Source: Meyerozyma guilliermondii
Taxonomy: Eukaryota
NCBI GenBank assembly: GCA_051546255.1
Contig: CP128819.1
Location: 434,001 to 498,000 of the forward strand
Direction of reading: 5' to 3'
DNA length: 64,000 bases
The notes beneath the pieces are model-generated. The model did no database searches. It was not told where the DNA came from and saw only the letters and a list, made by a program, of their open reading frames with translations. Both the position numbers and the translations under genes were made by a program. Below are positions 54,072 through 63,486 of this stretch, in pieces. Positions within the stretch are counted from its first letter, which is position 1; each line of letters begins with the position of its first letter.

Positions 54072-54756
54072 GAAGACAGATTACTAAGATTTATTGTGGA
54101 GTAGGATAAAATGGGTGCGCTCCTGCATATACTGAAGGAGACTTAATACCAAGTCGAAGGATTATACAGCCATTAATAAACCGACTTTTTGCCGCCAAAT
54201 TCTCAATCCTACACCTAGAAGCTAGGCAAACTTTAGTGCGCCGTTTTGTGCCAGCCGTGCTATAATCTATGCAGGGACAAACTTGCGCGCAAAGTGCATA
54301 CATGGTGTATCAGGGCAGAAAGAAAGGGTAAGCTAAATGTTCACTCAGACCACAAAAAAGGCTGAAAGTTGGTACACATGTGCATTGACTACCATTTAAT
54401 TTGCTGTACAAATTTCAGTCAATTTGAGAAACCCTCACCCCATTTTCCATGAGGTGCCCGTTACCCCTGCATAAGCTCTTCACGTCAATATGCATTCCGC
54501 CCACAACATGCGACGGAAAAAATCTAGATCTATTGTCTATGGAGCAACAGTAAGGGCCCCTTAGTTTGAACTTCCCTGTATTATTCCAGCTGTTACTACT
54601 CGCTACCACATCCTCCACTCTAAACACAAACTGAAAAACCTGTCAAAAACTTTAAAGTTTATTTCACTAGAACGACTTAACCACATTAAATATTAATCAG
54701 GAGTTAATCAGGAGTTTATCATTAATCATATATCATTGTCCACCATTATAGAAGTC

Positions 54757-55110
54757 ATGTCAACACCAGAGCTCAAGGTTACACCAAATACTCCCGCCCA
54801 AGAAAAGAAAGATTTTGTTTCCAATGGAGAACAGTCGGGCTCAAATAATACAGTATCTTCAGAACCAGCACCTAAAGAAGAGATGATGCTTGGGGACCCA
54901 AGTCGGAAGTCGGAGGATTCCGATACCACAAGCTTTGGTGAGCAAAGTGGCAGAATTGAACCCGAGAACGAATGCACTGAATTTTGTGTGGAATGTAGTG
55001 CATGCTTTGGGTTGTTTGACAGCTGCTGTCCCGCCGATGAAGAAGGTTGCTTGACTACCGCTGCCACTTTCTGTGGAAATATTCTCTTCGGATGTTGTAA
55101 GGCAAGATAA
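54757..55110 (+). CDS. Small protein with Cys-rich C-terminus (CYSTM-like)
   Basis: Disordered acidic N-terminus; tail CTEFCVECSACFGLFDSCCPADEEGCLTTAATFCGNILFGCCKAR; first ATG 54757. Confidence 0.65.
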   Translation: MSTPELKVTPNTPAQEKKDFVSNGEQSGSNNTVSSEPAPKEEMMLGDPSRKSEDSDTTSFGEQSGRIEPENECTEFCVECSACFGLFDSCCPADEEGCLTTAATFCGNILFGCCKAR

Positions 55111-55212
55111 TTATATAGCTAGCTATATTTCGCAGTTGCATTTGTACCTCCAAATCTCACGACTTTGTAAATCGATTAAAACATTTTGTTGCATTTACAA
55201 ACACCTCACGCA

Positions 55213-55866
55213 ATGAACCCAGCCGATGACTCTTCGGACCGTGTTCGGACCAAGTCGACGTCTGCAATCACATCCTCCAGTTTTTTCGAGGCAGCTCGAA
55301 ATTCGTTGCCAGACTTACACAGTCAGCCTTGCGACCGGGGAACACTTGATCCCACTTTTATCGAATCCCTTCAAGGCAGCGACACTGATACTGTTATTAA
55401 ACACCCCACGCTGCCCCAACAACAAAAGAAGGACGCAGGTTCTCCACCAATGCCAATCCCACGTCATATTAATGCCATTTCTCCCGGTTCATTGTCACTC
55501 GAATCGGATCGAATTGGAACAGACAAAGGCCAAAGCATCTCACCAGAGTCGGTGAATCCGCTACTTGTGAGGCATAGTTCAGACAACCCATCAAAATTGG
55601 AGCAAGCTCAATCACTTATTGTTGGTCCAACATGGAATAAATGGACCATCCTTCTTGGTCTCTATTTGATTATGGTTATCTTCTTTATAGTACTCACTAT
55701 TCTTTCGGCTTTGACATTGAAGGAAAGTCGCAACAAGGTGAGGGATGTGATGCACGGGCTAAATGATGACGAACGGCGCCAGGTAATTGACTTGTTGAGC
55801 ACCATTTATTGGAGCTCTAGGGTCCCGATCGTCAATGCAACATATAACGATATAGTCCTAGATTAG
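55213..55866 (+). CDS. Uncharacterised single-pass (type II-like) membrane protein
   Basis: Ser/Pro-rich N-terminus, one TM WTILLGLYLIMVIFFIVLTILSALT, short C-terminus with NAT sequon; first ATG 55213. Confidence 0.7.
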   Translation: MNPADDSSDRVRTKSTSAITSSSFFEAARNSLPDLHSQPCDRGTLDPTFIESLQGSDTDTVIKHPTLPQQQKKDAGSPPMPIPRHINAISPGSLSLESDRIGTDKGQSISPESVNPLLVRHSSDNPSKLEQAQSLIVGPTWNKWTILLGLYLIMVIFFIVLTILSALTLKESRNKVRDVMHGLNDDERRQVIDLLSTIYWSSRVPIVNATYNDIVLD

Positions 55867-55869
55867 TAG

Positions 55870-57603
55870 TTAGTGAATATAAAGGTTGTATAATAACCAG
55901 ATCCAAGTTATTGAGAAAATACCAAACGCAATGGTAGAGTTGAGTATGACCCATAAATCAGGGTATTTTTCTGGTGGAATGAGAAAGTTATCAATGACAT
56001 GAAAGGCAGTCATCGATGCATAGGAAAGGCCAATGATAAGCTGCCAAAGCTTATTCCGCTTAGGAATCAAGAGATTTTTCCTTATGTCAAAGGTAAATCC
56101 ACCCAACAACCAATTTGATAAGAGAACATGGACAGTGTACTGCAAAACCAAGCCATCTTTTTTTAACAAAGGCCACATACTGAAGATTGCAGCATTGTTG
56201 ACCCACGACACGATTGCAAACCAGTCAAGATCATTGACCAAGTACAACAACGTAGTGGGGAGAAGAGGAACCAACACCGTTTTCTCGTGCACTTGAAACG
56301 AAAACAAATAAAAGCTCCACGCAGTTGCAGCAAAACCAAGCAAAACAGGAACTGCGTGTGGTCTAGGGCTTGCCTTCTTGCTGTAGGACTCCTTGAAGAT
56401 TCTTTTGAAGAATATGATTGCACAAGGAGGCAATAATGATACTAAAGTCACTGCAAGTGAAAGTCTCGTCAACTCTGGAACCGAGAAAATCGACTTGTAC
56501 TTGACCAACAAATTGGAGACGCACCAAAAGTTTGCAACCTTATCTTCGAATAATCCACGTTGGAAGGGGAAAACCCTGATGAATATCTGTTGTATAATTG
56601 GCCAGTGGTCTTTTTCAGGGACAAACAAAAATGGCAGCAATATCACAAGTATGGTCAATGCCACTGCAAATCCGATAGATAGTATTTGTTTCAAGTTAAA
56701 ACTACGAGCAACTTTCCAGATCAGCGGGTTTGGGATATCATAGTAGTTAGTGAAGCCACTGGCAAGCATGAATGCGAATATGAACGGAGCATAATACAAT
56801 CCCATTTGCTTGAAAAAAATGCAAACCACAAACCACACGGCTGAGAGTATATAATTCTCTTTAAGCAAGTCCAATATGGAGAAGAGAAATGATCCCAACA
56901 TCACAGAATTGTACTGGAAGTGACCATGATCAATTAATACCAACGAAGGTTGGCAAAGTATAATACAAGTTATAATGATTTGGTCCATTCTCGACACTCG
57001 AAGTTGCTTTCCAATAAGAGATATGACACCAAATAGTGCCGGTATGTAGAGCACCAATTCGCTGAGTAAACTTGAAATTCTCATAAATGTTTTGATTCCC
57101 GCATCTTCAATGCCTCTACTAGTGTCAAGAGCGAACCATTGCGGGTCGATGAACGAACCCAACTTGCCAAAAACGTACAGATGGAATGCTGTCAAAGGTG
57201 GGTAGTCGAGCCCCCAGTATTGTAGGTCGTAAAAGTACCATTTACTTATGGGTAGATGAATAGTAAGTTCCATCCAATGTCTTTGAGCTTCAAAGTCACC
57301 ATTAATAGGACCCTGTCCTTGTCCCAGGAATGACCCCAAGCCTACAGCGGCTCGTAAAATAATAGCAGTGAGCACCAAAATGTATCTAGCAGCCCATTGA
57401 TGGGGAGCCTTTTCGAATTCATGAAGCATATCGTAGATTGGAGTGTCATGATATATGCTATTTTTATTAGTGGGAGAAGTGGTTTTTTTCTTACGCTTAT
57501 GGGAAGCTTTTGGAGAAGGTTTTGGAGAAGCCTTAGGGGAAGCCTTAGTGGCTACTTTTGGCGATGAGGCTTTCTTGCCGGCTTTAGCAGAATTTTTTGC
57601 CAT
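55870..57603 (-). CDS. ALG6: Dol-P-Glc alpha-1,3-glucosyltransferase Alg6
   Basis: GDFEAQRHWME, YWGLDYPPLTAFH, IDHGHFQYN, RGLFEDKVANFWC, FSFQVHEK. Confidence 0.97.
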   Translation of the reverse strand: MAKNSAKAGKKASSPKVATKASPKASPKPSPKASHKRKKKTTSPTNKNSIYHDTPIYDMLHEFEKAPHQWAARYILVLTAIILRAAVGLGSFLGQGQGPINGDFEAQRHWMELTIHLPISKWYFYDLQYWGLDYPPLTAFHLYVFGKLGSFIDPQWFALDTSRGIEDAGIKTFMRISSLLSELVLYIPALFGVISLIGKQLRVSRMDQIIITCIILCQPSLVLIDHGHFQYNSVMLGSFLFSILDLLKENYILSAVWFVVCIFFKQMGLYYAPFIFAFMLASGFTNYYDIPNPLIWKVARSFNLKQILSIGFAVALTILVILLPFLFVPEKDHWPIIQQIFIRVFPFQRGLFEDKVANFWCVSNLLVKYKSIFSVPELTRLSLAVTLVSLLPPCAIIFFKRIFKESYSKKASPRPHAVPVLLGFAATAWSFYLFSFQVHEKTVLVPLLPTTLLYLVNDLDWFAIVSWVNNAAIFSMWPLLKKDGLVLQYTVHVLLSNWLLGGFTFDIRKNLLIPKRNKLWQLIIGLSYASMTAFHVIDNFLIPPEKYPDLWVILNSTIAFGIFSITWIWLLYNLYIH

Positions 57604-57836
57604 TGTGCAAGGACATATGTATCACTTTAATAATAAAAATGATCGACTGCGAAAGTTTTGCTGGTATGGCCTTGTATACTCACTGTCGCACTTTTGGATA
57701 TATGGTATGGCTAATTTACTTGGGTGCATTGAGGTGTTCCTCAAACCACTACACCCGTACAAGTACTACACCATTACTGAATTACTATGGAAAGAAGGAA
57801 TTTTTGGTGGTCATAGCAATTTATATTATAGGCTGG

Positions 57837-58945
57837 CTAAGAGTTATGAGCTATTAATTCTGAAATGGCACAATTGATCTCTTTGAAATTTTCGGTGTCT
57901 GGAGTACATCCTTTAGAAAGCTTTAAGGTGAATTGCAGCAAGTTCAAGTTGCTCTGCTTTAAATAGGTATCAAGATATTCTGCGTACTGGCGAGTGGTCA
58001 AATCTCCATATTCTGGTAATTTCAAACTAGCTTCGATTAGGAAGATCACCCTTTTCCGACGGTAATAGGTGCTCGTTCTCCATTTGGCACCAAGAATTTG
58101 ATCTTTTTCAACAACAGAAAGCTTTGAATCTTGCCCTTCGTACCACTCTTTCACCAAATCAACTACAGTACGCAAGCCCCTAGACATCATCCCTGACCGT
58201 TTTAGAAACAGCAAGTTATTATCTTCATTATTGCTATTTCTTTCGGCACCTGGAATAGCTAGTTGGCAATTACTCTGAGACCTCTCTTCTTCCTCTTCTC
58301 GAGCCGTCAGTGGTATATTTCTGTTGTTGTTAGAGGTATGCTGAGCTCCGTTCTTGGGTTGTTGATCTGTAAGACTTCCACTCGGAGTTTTATAACTTTC
58401 CACGTAATTCCGATTCACACTTCGGCTTTTTAAATAGTGCCTCTGCTCGCTGCGCTCCATCTTTATGACCAGCAAAATCTTTCTTAGGGACTCGTCTTTC
58501 GCATCATTGGATTTACGAAGCTCATCAATACGGTAATCCATGGCTTCCAATCTCAAAAGCACTTGTTTCAATTTTTTTCTGCATGACACCATTTGACTTT
58601 TTTGTCAGCTCTTGAAGACGAGGTGTAAGAACTTCGAGCAATTCGCCCTTGGTATAGATGTGGTCAGCAATTGACCACTCCTGATGCTCCAGTTTCAAGG
58701 AATTCTCCCTAAAAGTTATGTATTCAGAATCACGGCAGATCGCAAGGTGTGCAAATATGCTTTCAGTAGCCTTTTCTTCTTCTTCTACTTGAGGTTCAAT
58801 AATATTATTATTCGTACGTGTAGCTTCAGTAATCTAGAAGAGTCCGATTAATGAGTATTTTCTTCTTCTCCCTTGCTCTAAGTTTTGAAGTTGAGAATTT
58901 AAGAAATTGATCTCTTTCTCAATTTGCAACCATGGTTGCAAAAAA
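57837..58945 (-). pseudogene. Disrupted GCR1_C-domain gene / Crypton-like relic
   Basis: ORF 57837-58592 has GCR1_C-like MSRGLRTVVDLVKEWYEG...KWR..YYRRKRVI; upstream frame (PWLQIEKE...IFAHLAICRDSEYITF) carries an in-frame TAG at 58836-58834 and joins only via a frameshift in A7 at 58572-58578. Confidence 0.62.
58923..58942. repeat. Perfect 20-bp palindrome
   Basis: TTTGCAACCATGGTTGCAAA, running into an A11 tract. Confidence 0.9.
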
Positions 58946-58989
58946 AAAAAGAGACGCGTATAAAGTAACCATAGGGTCGGGGCAATTGG

Positions 58990-59051
58990 CTCCTACTACT
59001 CCTACTACTCCTCCTACTCCTCCTACTCCTCCTCCTCCATCACCACCATCC
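58990..59051. repeat. Degenerate (CCT/ACT)n-(CCA)n microsatellite
   Basis: CTCCTACTACTCCTACTACTCCTCCTACTCCTCCTACTCCTCCTCCTCCATCACCACCATCC. Confidence 0.9.
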
Positions 59052-59283
59052 AAATAAAACCATAAATCATGGTATTTTATGTGTGAATTTTAAAATGTGT
59101 AAGATCACTGGCTATGAAAATTCTAAAATTGTCAAAATTCTCAAAATCTTCAAAATTTTGACATTTTCCTATTTTTTGTGAATAACCTCACATAGACTCA
59201 AGTTCAACTTGATGATCGCACGTGCCTTCTACAGCGAATTAATCGAGTCTGAATCGAGTCTGACTCGAATCTCTATATAAAAT

Positions 59284-59365
59284 GGCAACTTGTCCGAGTG
59301 GTTAAGGAGAAAGATTAGAAATCTTTTGGGCTTTGCCCGCGCAGGTTCGAATCCTGCAGTTGTCG
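59284..59365 (+). tRNA. tRNA-Ser(AGA), intronless, long variable arm
   Basis: GGCAACT/AGTTGTC acceptor stem, anticodon loop TTAGAAA, variable arm GGGCTTTGCCC, T-loop GGTTCGAATCC; 82 nt. Confidence 0.97.
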
Positions 59366-59368
59366 GTA

Positions 59369-59378
59369 TTTTTTTTTT
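59369..59378 (+). terminator. RNA polymerase III terminator
   Basis: T10 run starting 4 nt after the tRNA 3' end. Confidence 0.85.
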
Positions 59379-59395
59379 CCTCCACAACTTTAAAC

Positions 59396-60460
59396 ATGAA
59401 CCATTTACAGGACTTGAAGAAGGCATTGACCGAGGCTTATGCTCAATCCAGCCTACAAAATGCTCTGAAGATCGCCCAGTCGAAAAGTTTGGAGAAATTG
59501 ATTCGTAATCATCAGCAAGATCAACGATTGATCTCCACAATCCTCCATATGGCTGATGTCACTGACACTTATAACGACCCAAATGATATAGATTTGGCAC
59601 TTGATACGATAGATTTGGGTAAGATCTACGAAAGAGTCGACGCAAGAGAAAAGGAGGACACCAAGCTTGCCTATCAGGACCTTTTGGTGATTGAATTGCT
59701 TCACTATTTCAAACATGATTTTTTCACTTGGGTCACCAAGCCAAAATGTCCTCAATGTCACAACGATGGCGGTAATATCGAGCCTCAGGGATCCAGCAGC
59801 CCGCCTAATCCAAATCCCGACGAAATCAGTGTGGTGGAAAATTATAGGTGTGTGGAATGTGGGGTAAATGTGGACTTTGCTCGAATAAATAGACCCGCCA
59901 AACTCTTGGAAACTCGACTGGGACGTTGCGGTGAGTGGGTCAATTGTTTTATGTTACTTTTAAGAGCACTACTAGGAGCAGAGGGCCATATTCGGTACGT
60001 GTGGAATAACGAAGATCATGTTTGGTGCGAATTCTACAGTGATAGTCAAAGTCGATGGATCCATTTAGATCCTTGTGAGGACGTATTTGATGATCCTAAT
60101 CTATATTGCCAGAATTGGGGCAAGGAAATGAGTTATTGTATTGGATTTGGCGATTCTTATGTCATGGACTTGAGTGAAAAATACATCACCAACAAGGATA
60201 AGCAAATCGACAAAAAGTCAGTGGTTTCAGACTTGCAGCTTATACCCCGACTCATAAGACAGATCAATGCTCGAAAGCTACTCAAAACGTACGAATCGTT
60301 TAGATTCGACACTATCGCACTTCAACGCATTTATGACATTTTGGTGATGTTCAATAACGAAAAAGTACTCCTGGCACCAGTAGGTTCAAAAACAGAAGCT
60401 GTTGGGCGTCAATCTGGCACCGCAGAGTGGACTTCGGCTCGAGGGGAAGGCGGTTCTTAA
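59396..60460 (+). CDS. PNG1: Peptide:N-glycanase
   Basis: LLHYFKHDFFTWV, two CxxC Zn pairs, GRCGEW (Cys), EDHVW (His), HLDPCE (Asp), GRQSG..EWTSARGE; first ATG 59396. Confidence 0.96.
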   Translation: MNHLQDLKKALTEAYAQSSLQNALKIAQSKSLEKLIRNHQQDQRLISTILHMADVTDTYNDPNDIDLALDTIDLGKIYERVDAREKEDTKLAYQDLLVIELLHYFKHDFFTWVTKPKCPQCHNDGGNIEPQGSSSPPNPNPDEISVVENYRCVECGVNVDFARINRPAKLLETRLGRCGEWVNCFMLLLRALLGAEGHIRYVWNNEDHVWCEFYSDSQSRWIHLDPCEDVFDDPNLYCQNWGKEMSYCIGFGDSYVMDLSEKYITNKDKQIDKKSVVSDLQLIPRLIRQINARKLLKTYESFRFDTIALQRIYDILVMFNNEKVLLAPVGSKTEAVGRQSGTAEWTSARGEGGS

Positions 60461-60831
60461 CTTCTTTTATCCAACTCTGCTTGTATACCCTTGGAATGTC
60501 TAAAGAGCTTAAGTCCAATCCATGAACTTATAGCCCACCACCATAACACAACGTATATACCCCATGCTTTCAAAACTGAACTTTCTATGAACCGAAAAAT
60601 CAGACTCAATTGCGAGTGGAGATGGTCAGTAGACGATGATAAACTTAATGGAAAAATGATATAATCCCAAATTCCAAGTAGACTACAAGTGGTAACGATG
60701 AATATGATCCACGTAGCAGCCAAGATCAAATATCCATATGTTCGTAGGCTGAAGAGCTGATCCGTATCGTTAGAATACGACTTTATTGGATTCCGTGGCT
60801 TGAGAAGTGGTAGGGGCTTCACATTCTCCAT
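60457..60831 (-). CDS. ERI1: PIG-Y/Eri1 subunit of GPI-GlcNAc transferase
   Basis: Two TM segments and C-terminal WWWAISSWIGLKLFRHS, resembling the fungal PIG-Y W.W....W.G.K.FRH motif. Confidence 0.7.
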   Translation of the reverse strand: MENVKPLPLLKPRNPIKSYSNDTDQLFSLRTYGYLILAATWIIFIVTTCSLLGIWDYIIFPLSLSSSTDHLHSQLSLIFRFIESSVLKAWGIYVVLWWWAISSWIGLKLFRHSKGIQAELDKRS

Positions 60832-60975
60832 TGGAGCTTCGCACTTGAGATTGATTTTCCAGAATGATTATTTCGCGGAATTGGTTTTCGCAGCTAAAGT
60901 TGCAGATTATGCAAATTGTTGGTAAATGCTAATTGTGTATTGTTCTACGTTTCTTATACTGTTTTGTCTGTTGTG

Positions 60976-63486
60976 TTACTCTTCTTTGACATTAATTTTT
61001 GAGGTGCCCAACAAGTGTGGAGCAATTTCCTGTAACCATGCAAGATCGATTACGGAACAGTTTCGAGCATAGCCCTTCGAAGTGTAGACATATTCGAGGT
61101 ACATTATTCCCAGTAAGTTAACACGACCAAAGAGATTGGACGATGGGTGGATACTGATCAATTGACCTGCTGCTAAGGTCCGGTAAGATCTATCGGGCAT
61201 GCCCACAGCAGTATTGTGAATGTAGCCTTTCAAAAATGATTTGAGAATCGAGTCTGTATCCAAGATCAGAGACTTGTAATTGTCGTCTGCTTCTTGCAGT
61301 AAGCTTGCTCGAAGATTGCGAAGTTGCTGTTGACGTTGTGTTTCATCTATCAGTTGGTCTTGTCGAACCATAGCCAACAAATATTCCAGAAGCTGTCTTC
61401 TCACTTTCAAAGCACTTTGAAATCCTTTGAAGCTGAAATGTAATTCTTTGCACCACTCTTTAGCCACTGACTTGTCTTTCGTTTCACAGAATACGTCAAA
61501 GTATTCCTTTAATGCAATAAGATCTCCCAATTTGGATCCCAATGGACAATAGTTTCTTCTTTTGAAATTGACCTCGTCTCTCAATTCGCCGTCTCTCGAG
61601 CCAACCGTCAATATAAGATTATCGACAGAAAGACAGGCAACAATATCCATTACTGGCTGCAAAACACCATACTCCATAGCTCCCAACAATACAACTGAAA
61701 GCTGTGGAGGTAATGGTAGTACTGAAATTTTATGACCCAATGGTGTGATTTTTCCTTGCTCATCCAAGGCACCTAGTTGATGTAAAGTATGCAATGCACT
61801 TAAGATAGCGCTTCTTCCCGGATGCTCTAACCACGACCAGTTAAGCAAGTCATCGACGTCGAGTTTCTTTAAAGTAAGAATTGGAAAGATCACATCGTTT
61901 CTTAATATTTCTGACTCCTGCTGCTTGGGTAACTTGTTCAAATAAAGATCTTCCAGGTATAAGCGGAACACTTTTCCAGCACTTTCTCTGCCTGCTCTTC
62001 CTGCTCTTTGAACTGCAGATGCTTGTGATATTGGTGCAGTTAACAATGTAGAGAGCCCTAGACTGTGTTTCCAAACCTTGACTTTTCTTAACCCGGAGTC
62101 AATCACATACTTGACTCCACTCACAGTGATGGAAGTTTCGGCAATGTTGGTGGCTAAGATTACCTTTCTCTTTCTTCCCTTGAGCTTGAGAAAAACTTTC
62201 AGTTGCTGGTTGGCCGATAAGGCAGCATATAACGGAAATGGTTCTATCAAGGGTGTTTCTTTCGGAAGATGAGGAGCAATAGAATTTAATGTACTGACAC
62301 AATTGTCGATTTCTTCTTGTCCGGGAAGAAAACATAGTATATCACCTTCAGGTTCAGTAGTGTTCACCTGAACAATTGCTCGGATTGTGGTGTCGACTAT
62401 ATCATCCGACTTGTCTCGAAGATAGTATTTGGAGACGGGGTACATTTTACCCTCTATGAGCAAGATTGGTGCATTGCTGAAGAATTTGCTGAAAAGGTCT
62501 GCATTCAAAGTTGCCGACATGACAATGACCTTCAAGTCAGGGCGTTCCTTATTAACAATTAATTCTCTTAAAAAGCCAAGAATGAGATCTGTTAGTATGG
62601 TTCTCTCATGGGCCTCATCAATGACTATTATGGAGTACTTGGTGAGTTTTCTGTCAAGAATGAGTTCTCGCAAGAGCATACCATCGGTCAAGTACTTGAG
62701 CTTTGTCTTCTTTCCACTTGTCACATTGGAAAATCGAACTTGGTATCCTACTTCCTCACCAAGTCTACAGCCGTATTCTTGGCTTACTCTTGCTGCAAGA
62801 GAAGCTGCTGCAACTCTTCTAGGTTGAGTGACGGCAATTTGCTTAGATGCTGTGCCCATTAAAAATTGAGGAATCTGGGTAGATTTTCCCGATCCTGTTT
62901 CTCCGATAACAACAGTCACTTGGTTCTTCTCAAAATAGCTCATAATCTCGTCCTTGTGTTGGTAAATAGGCAATGTCTTTCGAACTGCAAGTAATTCTTC
63001 ACTGCGTTTTCGAAGTTCAAACCGACTGATATTCTTCGATTCGAAAAAATCTCCTTTCTCGTCGTCACCATCCTCTTCTTCGTCACTGTTATAGACTACC
63101 TTTTTAGGGCCGTTTTCTGGCCGTGATTCAGAGGTATTTTTGTGCAGTTTCCTGCCATTTTCTTCAAATATCTTCTTAGTTTTCTTTCTTGGTGACTCGT
63201 TAATGGTTTCAGGATTCTCCTCAGATCTGCTGTTACTGGAATCATCGTTTTTATGAGCTATTCCGTTCGCTATAGCCGGTAAATCATTCTCTGCAACCGG
63301 TTCTGGAATTTCCTCATCGTTGAATATGGTCTTTTTATTAGCAAATTGTTTGGTTTCTGTATCCGCCAATATGTTTTTAACAACCTGCTTCCCCTTGTTT
63401 CTTCTCCTCTTCCGCCCAGATCGCACAACCTCTCCGTTAGGACTATTTCCAGCCTCTGTAATGCTCATGGACATGGCTTCATTCAC
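60976..63486 (-). CDS. DHR2: DEAH-box RNA helicase Dhr2 (18S rRNA biogenesis)
   Basis: GETGSGKSTQIPQ, DEAHER, MSAT, KVKVWKHSLGLSTLL, QRAGRAGRE; basic/acidic N-terminal extension. Confidence 0.9.
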   Translation of the reverse strand: MNEAMSMSITEAGNSPNGEVVRSGRKRRRNKGKQVVKNILADTETKQFANKKTIFNDEEIPEPVAENDLPAIANGIAHKNDDSSNSRSEENPETINESPRKKTKKIFEENGRKLHKNTSESRPENGPKKVVYNSDEEEDGDDEKGDFFESKNISRFELRKRSEELLAVRKTLPIYQHKDEIMSYFEKNQVTVVIGETGSGKSTQIPQFLMGTASKQIAVTQPRRVAAASLAARVSQEYGCRLGEEVGYQVRFSNVTSGKKTKLKYLTDGMLLRELILDRKLTKYSIIVIDEAHERTILTDLILGFLRELIVNKERPDLKVIVMSATLNADLFSKFFSNAPILLIEGKMYPVSKYYLRDKSDDIVDTTIRAIVQVNTTEPEGDILCFLPGQEEIDNCVSTLNSIAPHLPKETPLIEPFPLYAALSANQQLKVFLKLKGRKRKVILATNIAETSITVSGVKYVIDSGLRKVKVWKHSLGLSTLLTAPISQASAVQRAGRAGRESAGKVFRLYLEDLYLNKLPKQQESEILRNDVIFPILTLKKLDVDDLLNWSWLEHPGRSAILSALHTLHQLGALDEQGKITPLGHKISVLPLPPQLSVVLLGAMEYGVLQPVMDIVACLSVDNLILTVGSRDGELRDEVNFKRRNYCPLGSKLGDLIALKEYFDVFCETKDKSVAKEWCKELHFSFKGFQSALKVRRQLLEYLLAMVRQDQLIDETQRQQQLRNLRASLLQEADDNYKSLILDTDSILKSFLKGYIHNTAVGMPDRSYRTLAAGQLISIHPSSNLFGRVNLLGIMYLEYVYTSKGYARNCSVIDLAWLQEIAPHLLGTSKINVKEE

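Noticed and set aside
57604..59283. Centromere in the AT-rich gap near CSE4
   Set aside because: Proximity to the CSE4 gene is irrelevant, the gap is short and largely explained by the GCR1_C relic; cannot be supported without Cse4 ChIP or a chromosome-scale GC profile.
59284..59365. The code-changing tRNA-Ser(CAG)
   Set aside because: Anticodon loop reads TT-AGA-AA, the ordinary Ser(AGA) isoacceptor.
59229..59540. ORFs crossing the tRNA, including the TTG-start extension of PNG1
   Set aside because: They translate the tRNA-Ser sequence and its T-run.
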